This document shows positions 59,101 to 64,000 of a stretch of 64,000 nt of DNA, in pieces. Source of the stretch: Protoeuglena noctilucae (Eukaryota). How positions within the stretch are numbered: the first letter of the stretch is position 1; each line of letters begins with the position of its first letter. A program made the position numbers and the translations under genes. Below the pieces are notes generated by a model that was not told the DNA's origin, did no database searches, and worked only from the letters and a program-made list of their open reading frames with translations. The DNA is taken from positions 372,001 to 436,000 of the forward strand of contig OY253684.1 of assembly GCA_958009085.1 (NCBI GenBank). Direction: 5' to 3'.

Positions 59101-62100
59101 CAGGTCGTACACGAGTCGGCCCTCGGGGAACAGCTGCGTGATGGGCACGGGCGGGCCCCCCAGGTAGGGCTTGAGGTCGGCGGGCGGGTCGTTGACCAGC
59201 ATGTGCCGCAGGATGCCGTCGAAGGTGACCCTCCCCTTCTCGTCCGTGCACCCCCCCACGGACCAGACGAGAGCGAAGAGGAAGATGGACTGGATCCAGA
59301 CTTTCTGGATGTTGGCGTTGAGCTCGGCGATGCGGGCGGGGGTGGCGCGGAACTCGTCGAGCATCGCGTCGATGATGCGCATGCAGGAGCGGGCCAGGTT
59401 GATGGCGGACATGGGCACGGGCCGGCGCAGGATGCGCGTGGCGGCGCGGAGCGTGGGGGGCAGGAGCCAGTCGAACAGCGCGGTGAGCTCTTCGCGGTGG
59501 GCCTCGGTCACCGCGGGCGGCAACGTGTCCAACCAGGAGAGCATCACGGGGCGCCACCCGAGCAGCGACGCCTGCATGTAGACCATGCCGCAGCGGGAGA
59601 CGGTGGCGGGGGAGGCCTGACTCAGGTCGTCCACCTCGAAGATCATGTTCATTTGGGCGTTCATGGCGATCTGGTCGCCACTGGATAGACAGAGCTTCTT
59701 GTTGTCGTCGAGCACCGTGTTCATGTCCTCGATCCACACCGCGTCGACGGGGCCGTCCAGCACCACCCACTTCCGGTCGGGCGACTTGTCTTTCGCTGCC
59801 TTGCGGAAGTACACGGCCAGCACCCCGTCCGCCCAGTCCTTGCTCACGGGGTCCTCCGCGCCGTACAGGTGCCGCTGCGGCTGGGCCTTGGGGTTCATGA
59901 CGAAGCACTGCACCCGGTTCTCGCCCATCAGCCCCTGCGCTGCCAGGTCGCCCAACGCGTCCGCAAGCACACGGTACGACTCGGTTTTCATCCCGAACGA
60001 CTCCCCCACGACCATCAGCCCGTGTCGCACGATGATCATCTCGTACAGCTGGATGATCTTGGTAAAGAAGTCGGGGAGGGGCTGCAGGTTGCGCTTGATG
60101 GCATTGTCGCGCAAGGCGTCAAGCAGGGCGGAGTAGTCTGGGGGGGAAGGGCGTGGTAGGGGGTGGGAGTTGGAGTGAGTGTTGAGATGATTGGGAGGGT
60201 AGCAGTGGGGGTGGCAGTGAAGGTGGCAGCGGGGGTGGCAGCGGGGGTGGCAGTGGGGGTGGCAGTGGGGGTAACGAGACACCCATATGCTACCTACCGT
60301 GCCCATGCACATGTGACAACCCCACCCCACCCCCCCCCTCACCAATCTCTGGCAGCTCCACCCCCGGGAAGAGGTCCTTGATAATCCCCTTGAAGAGCGG
60401 CACGTCCTGATCGAGGAACTTGGGCAGGTTGACGTCCGACAGCGCGCGCAGCATGAGCACGTCCTCGCCCAGCGTGTCGCCGTACTTGCGCTTGAGGTTC
60501 GCCGCAGCTCGCAGCACCGAGATCACCGCCCTCATTCCGTAGTCGTAGTGGGATTGCGTGGACAGCTGCTCGGAGCACAGCTTGTAGGTCTGCACCAGCT
60601 TGCGTGCCATGGCGCGGGCGTCCAGGTAGCCGTACGAGTAGAGGAGGATCTCGGCGATCTGGGGGGGGGATACGAGAGGCTTAGTTACTAGGGATGAGAG
60701 TGGGGCGGTTACTGGAGTAGATGTACGAGTAGAGAGGGATCTCGGCGATCCGGGGGGTGGGGAGTGTGAGGGGGGATGAGGGTGGTGGTGGGTGAGCAGA
60801 GGGGTGGGGGCGGGGGGGGATGAGGGGTTGAGGGTGGGGAGGATGAAAGTTGGGGAGGCATCATGGCCACGCCATGCGATACTTAAGTACACTATACTAA
60901 TAATGACACCATACTTATGATGACAACATTAACTACACCCATGTAACAACTCACCATGGCGTAGTCGGGCACCATCATGGCCACGTCCCGGAACAGCGCC
61001 TTGAGGTTGTCGGGCAGCTCCGACCGCCCCGCATATCCCGGGTTCATGGTGATGAATGCATTGCAGGTCATGACCAATGGCAGGTCGACGCCATCCAGGT
61101 TGAAGGAGGGTGCCATGGCTGCCTTGGCGCGTTGGATGGTGAGCACCTGCTGCGCCACCACGGAGAGCACCTGGGGGGGAGGGGGGTGGGGGTGGGAGTG
61201 GGTGAGTGGAGGGTGGGGATGGGGATGGGTGGGAGGGCGTGGGGGTGGGAGTGGGGGTGCAAATGGGCGCTGAGACTGCTTGTTGGTAGGCACGCCCTTA
61301 CTTCTCGCGCCATCCAACGCAACCCATCCCAGCACTCTCTCACCTCCGGCTCGATGCGGTTGAACTCGTCGAAGCACGCCCACGCCCCCGAGCACCCCAG
61401 CCCCTTGAAGAACTTGGCCATGGCCTTGTAGTTGAGCGAATCGGTGCAGTTGGTCACCACGCACTTGATCGCCAGCGCCTTGCTCAGGTCCTTCACCGTC
61501 TCGGTCTTACCGGTCCCCGCAGGCCCTGCCGGGGCGCCCCCCAGGTTCATGTAGATGGCCCCGATCAGCGTGCGGTAGCACCGGTCCGTGAGGGGCGTGA
61601 TGACGAGGCGCGAGGAGTTGCCCAGGTACTCGTATCCGTAGAGCGTGACGGCGTTGATCATGCGAACCACTAGCGTGTCGGTCGGGGCGACTTTACTAGG
61701 GGGCCTCTCGTGGTGCTCCCAGTAGGAGCGCAGCTGGCTCTCCCAGTTAAAGTCGTCCAGTCGGTCGACCCCCTTCGACGCCATCTCGTCCACCACGTCG
61801 CGGGCGTGCACGTCGATCACGACCAGCGCCCCCACCGTCGCACGCTGCAGGGGCTTCAGCTGCCCACGCACCAGCTGCACGATCTTCCCCAGCTCCTCCG
61901 TGCACACACGGGAATACTCCTTCAGGCCCCGGGTGCCCCCAGCCTCAATGGCCTCGATGACCTGGGGTGGGGGGCGAGGGTGGGGCGGTGGGTGAGGGTG
62001 GTGGCAGTGGGGGTGGCATTGAGGGCGGCAGGGAGGGTAGCGTTGAGGGTGGCAGTGGGGGCGGGGGTGGCAGTGGGGATGACAGCAAGCGGACGAGGTG

Positions 62101-64000
62101 ATGGTGGGCGGGGCGGTGAGCGAGGGTGGGGGTACAGGTGAGGCGCAAGTCAGCCAGAACCCGACCACCCATACGGGGTGCTGACCACCGCACTACACAC
62201 TATATCCCACCATACATGCCCTACCACCCCTTGCCCCTCACCTCCTTGGTCCAGAACACCTGTCCGCAGTTGAGGCTAGTTGAGGCTAGAGACAAGACAA
62301 CAACCATACCACCGCTCCCTCACCTCCTTGGTCCACCTGGCTAGGTACAAGACAATAACCATAGTGGTACCACTCAATCCCCCCTCACCTCCTTGGTCCA
62401 GAACACCTGCCCGCAGTTGAGCACGAGCTGCCCCGGCCACTGCAGGATCCACGTGCTGCGTTCCTTGTTGGGGAAGTCCTCGATCGCGTCTCTCGCCATC
62501 TTGTGCACCGTCTGGTAGATGACCTCCTCACACTTGGTCAACCACGCCTCGACCGCCCCCACCTTACCGGGGCTCACGGGTTCAATCCACGGGATGCGCT
62601 CCTCCTCGACCGAAACCATCCCCGTGATGTCGCCGTTTGCGTGGAACTTGAACCGCGCGACCGCCTCGAATATCTTCTGCGTGAAGTCCTGTATCTTGAG
62701 GGGATCCTTGCACTCGGACAGAATCTCCAAAAGCTGGTCGTTGGAGAGGAAGTAGAAGCGCGGGAAGGCCATCTTCTTCGTCTCGAGAAACTCGTTGAGG
62801 CCCTTCTCGACAACGTCCAATAGCTCGTTGGCGTGGGTGAGGGAGTCGAGGAGTCCATCCATGTCGGCCACGTGCGTGAGCAGCGGGTCCTGCACGGTGC
62901 GGTCCATGACGCCCCGCCAGATTGCGTCCATGTCCCGGAAAGCCATCCCCTCCGTCGGGATCTGCCGCACGATCTCCTCGGACCCGAAGATCGGCTGCAG
63001 GTACATCCACCGGCCCTGGCACTTGAGCCACTCCTCCAGGATGGACTGCAGCCTTGTCAACAGCGACTCCCAGGGTCCGATCTCGCGCATGTGGGGCTTG
63101 GCGAAGGGAGACGTGCCCATGGCCTGGACCTTGATGATGTGGTCGTCCAGCAGCGCCTGGGCCTCGTCGACGGGGCCGCCCTTGAGGATGTACGTGCCGG
63201 TGCGGTCGTACTCGGCGAGCTCCAGTGACAGCCCCTCCCAGTCTCCCTTCATCTTGCCCAGCTGTTTCTCGATGGTAAACTCCCGCGACGCCCGCTCGGA
63301 GATCGCCACCAGGCGGCCCACGGGGTCAGGCACCTCGCACTCCTCGAGTTTCTTGATCAGCTGCCCCAGCCGCATCTCGTCCGGGCGGATCTCGATGCCC
63401 ACCGCCCCCACCATCTCCGCCCAGTGACGCGCCTTGAGGCCCTTGTTGCAGATGGCGTGGATGAGGGGCAGGTGCACGCGGAAGTTCTCGATCTTCTGCT
63501 TCGTCTCCAATGCCAGGTTGAGGGGGTCCTCCAGGAGCTGCAAAGAGGGTGGGGGTGGGGAGGGTGGTTGGTTGAGGGTGGGGGTAGCAGTGGGGGTGCC
63601 AGCAGCAACAGCACCGCACCACACAAGCACCCCTGCCTCCCTCGCTCCCTCGTCCGCAACCCCACCACCGCATCACTCACCACCACTGCGCCTCCACTCC
63701 TACCCACTCCTGTACCTCGCTCCCAACCCGTTACCACCCTTTCACCCCCTCCCCCCACTCACCCTCTCCACCCACCAACCCCCCTCGGCACCCACCCACT
63801 CGCACCCACCCACCCCAACCCCACTCACCCTCCCCCCCGCCGACCCCGAGAAGACCTTGGTGAGCTTGTCAATCTTCCGAGTGCACTCCAGCACCTCGTT
63901 CTCAATCTCCTCCGGATCCAGCGCCCCGAACGTGATCTCGTGGTTGTTCGTCCACTTGTTGTAAGATTCGAAGAACTGGTGGGAGGTGGTCCATAATATG
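50170..64000 (-). CDS. Axonemal dynein heavy chain, single-headed inner-arm type; N-terminus lies outside the window
   Basis: Linker [20 protein letters not shown]1 [20 protein letters not shown]2 [11 protein letters not shown]3 [11 protein letters not shown]4 [10 protein letters not shown], stalk/MTBD, AAA5 [14 protein letters not shown]6 SLGQGQG/LQNCHL, C-terminus [15 protein letters not shown]. Confidence 0.97.

Noticed and set aside
52916..59908. Many long antisense and alternate-frame ORFs over the dynein exons
   Set aside because: These are shadow ORFs produced by strong GC3 codon bias.
59985..60010. Non-canonical Walker A (GESFGMKT) in dynein AAA2
   Set aside because: AAA2 is non-hydrolytic, and such variants are usual in inner-arm dyneins.

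Overview
This is GC-rich, intron-dense eukaryotic nuclear DNA, most likely from a flagellated green alga. That inference rests on plastid-targeted Y3IP1 and GyrA, an AP2 factor, an axonemal dynein, an LF5/CDKL5-like kinase and TGTAA 3' signals. I could trace about 19 spliced protein-coding genes by hand: a degenerate malonate-CoA-ligase-like enzyme, ALKBH1-like, FAM177-like, CDKL5/LF5, an ankyrin protein, a large coiled-coil protein ending in a dynein microtubule-binding-like domain, a catalytically degenerate ALG5 paralogue, Y3IP1, two F-box+ankyrin paralogues, gyrA, RING-H2, AP2, MPDU1-like, DUF4057/HN1-like, WDR46/UTP7, a partial inner-arm dynein heavy chain and two unknowns. There is one 200-N gap. 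I saw no RNA genes, CRISPR arrays or recognisable transposons. The most unusual signals are four. (1) About 16 'junction echoes': 15-50 nt copies of an exon-intron (or stop-codon) junction repeated about 60-110 nt away inside the adjacent intron or UTR, some with the GT/AG itself mutated. (2) At least 15 GC-AG introns. (3) A stand-alone dynein MTBD-like module on a non-motor protein. (4) An intact but motif-dead ALG5-like glycosyltransferase. Gene models and family calls come from manual reading and remembered motifs, not from searches. Outer coordinates span introns, and several starts are tentative.
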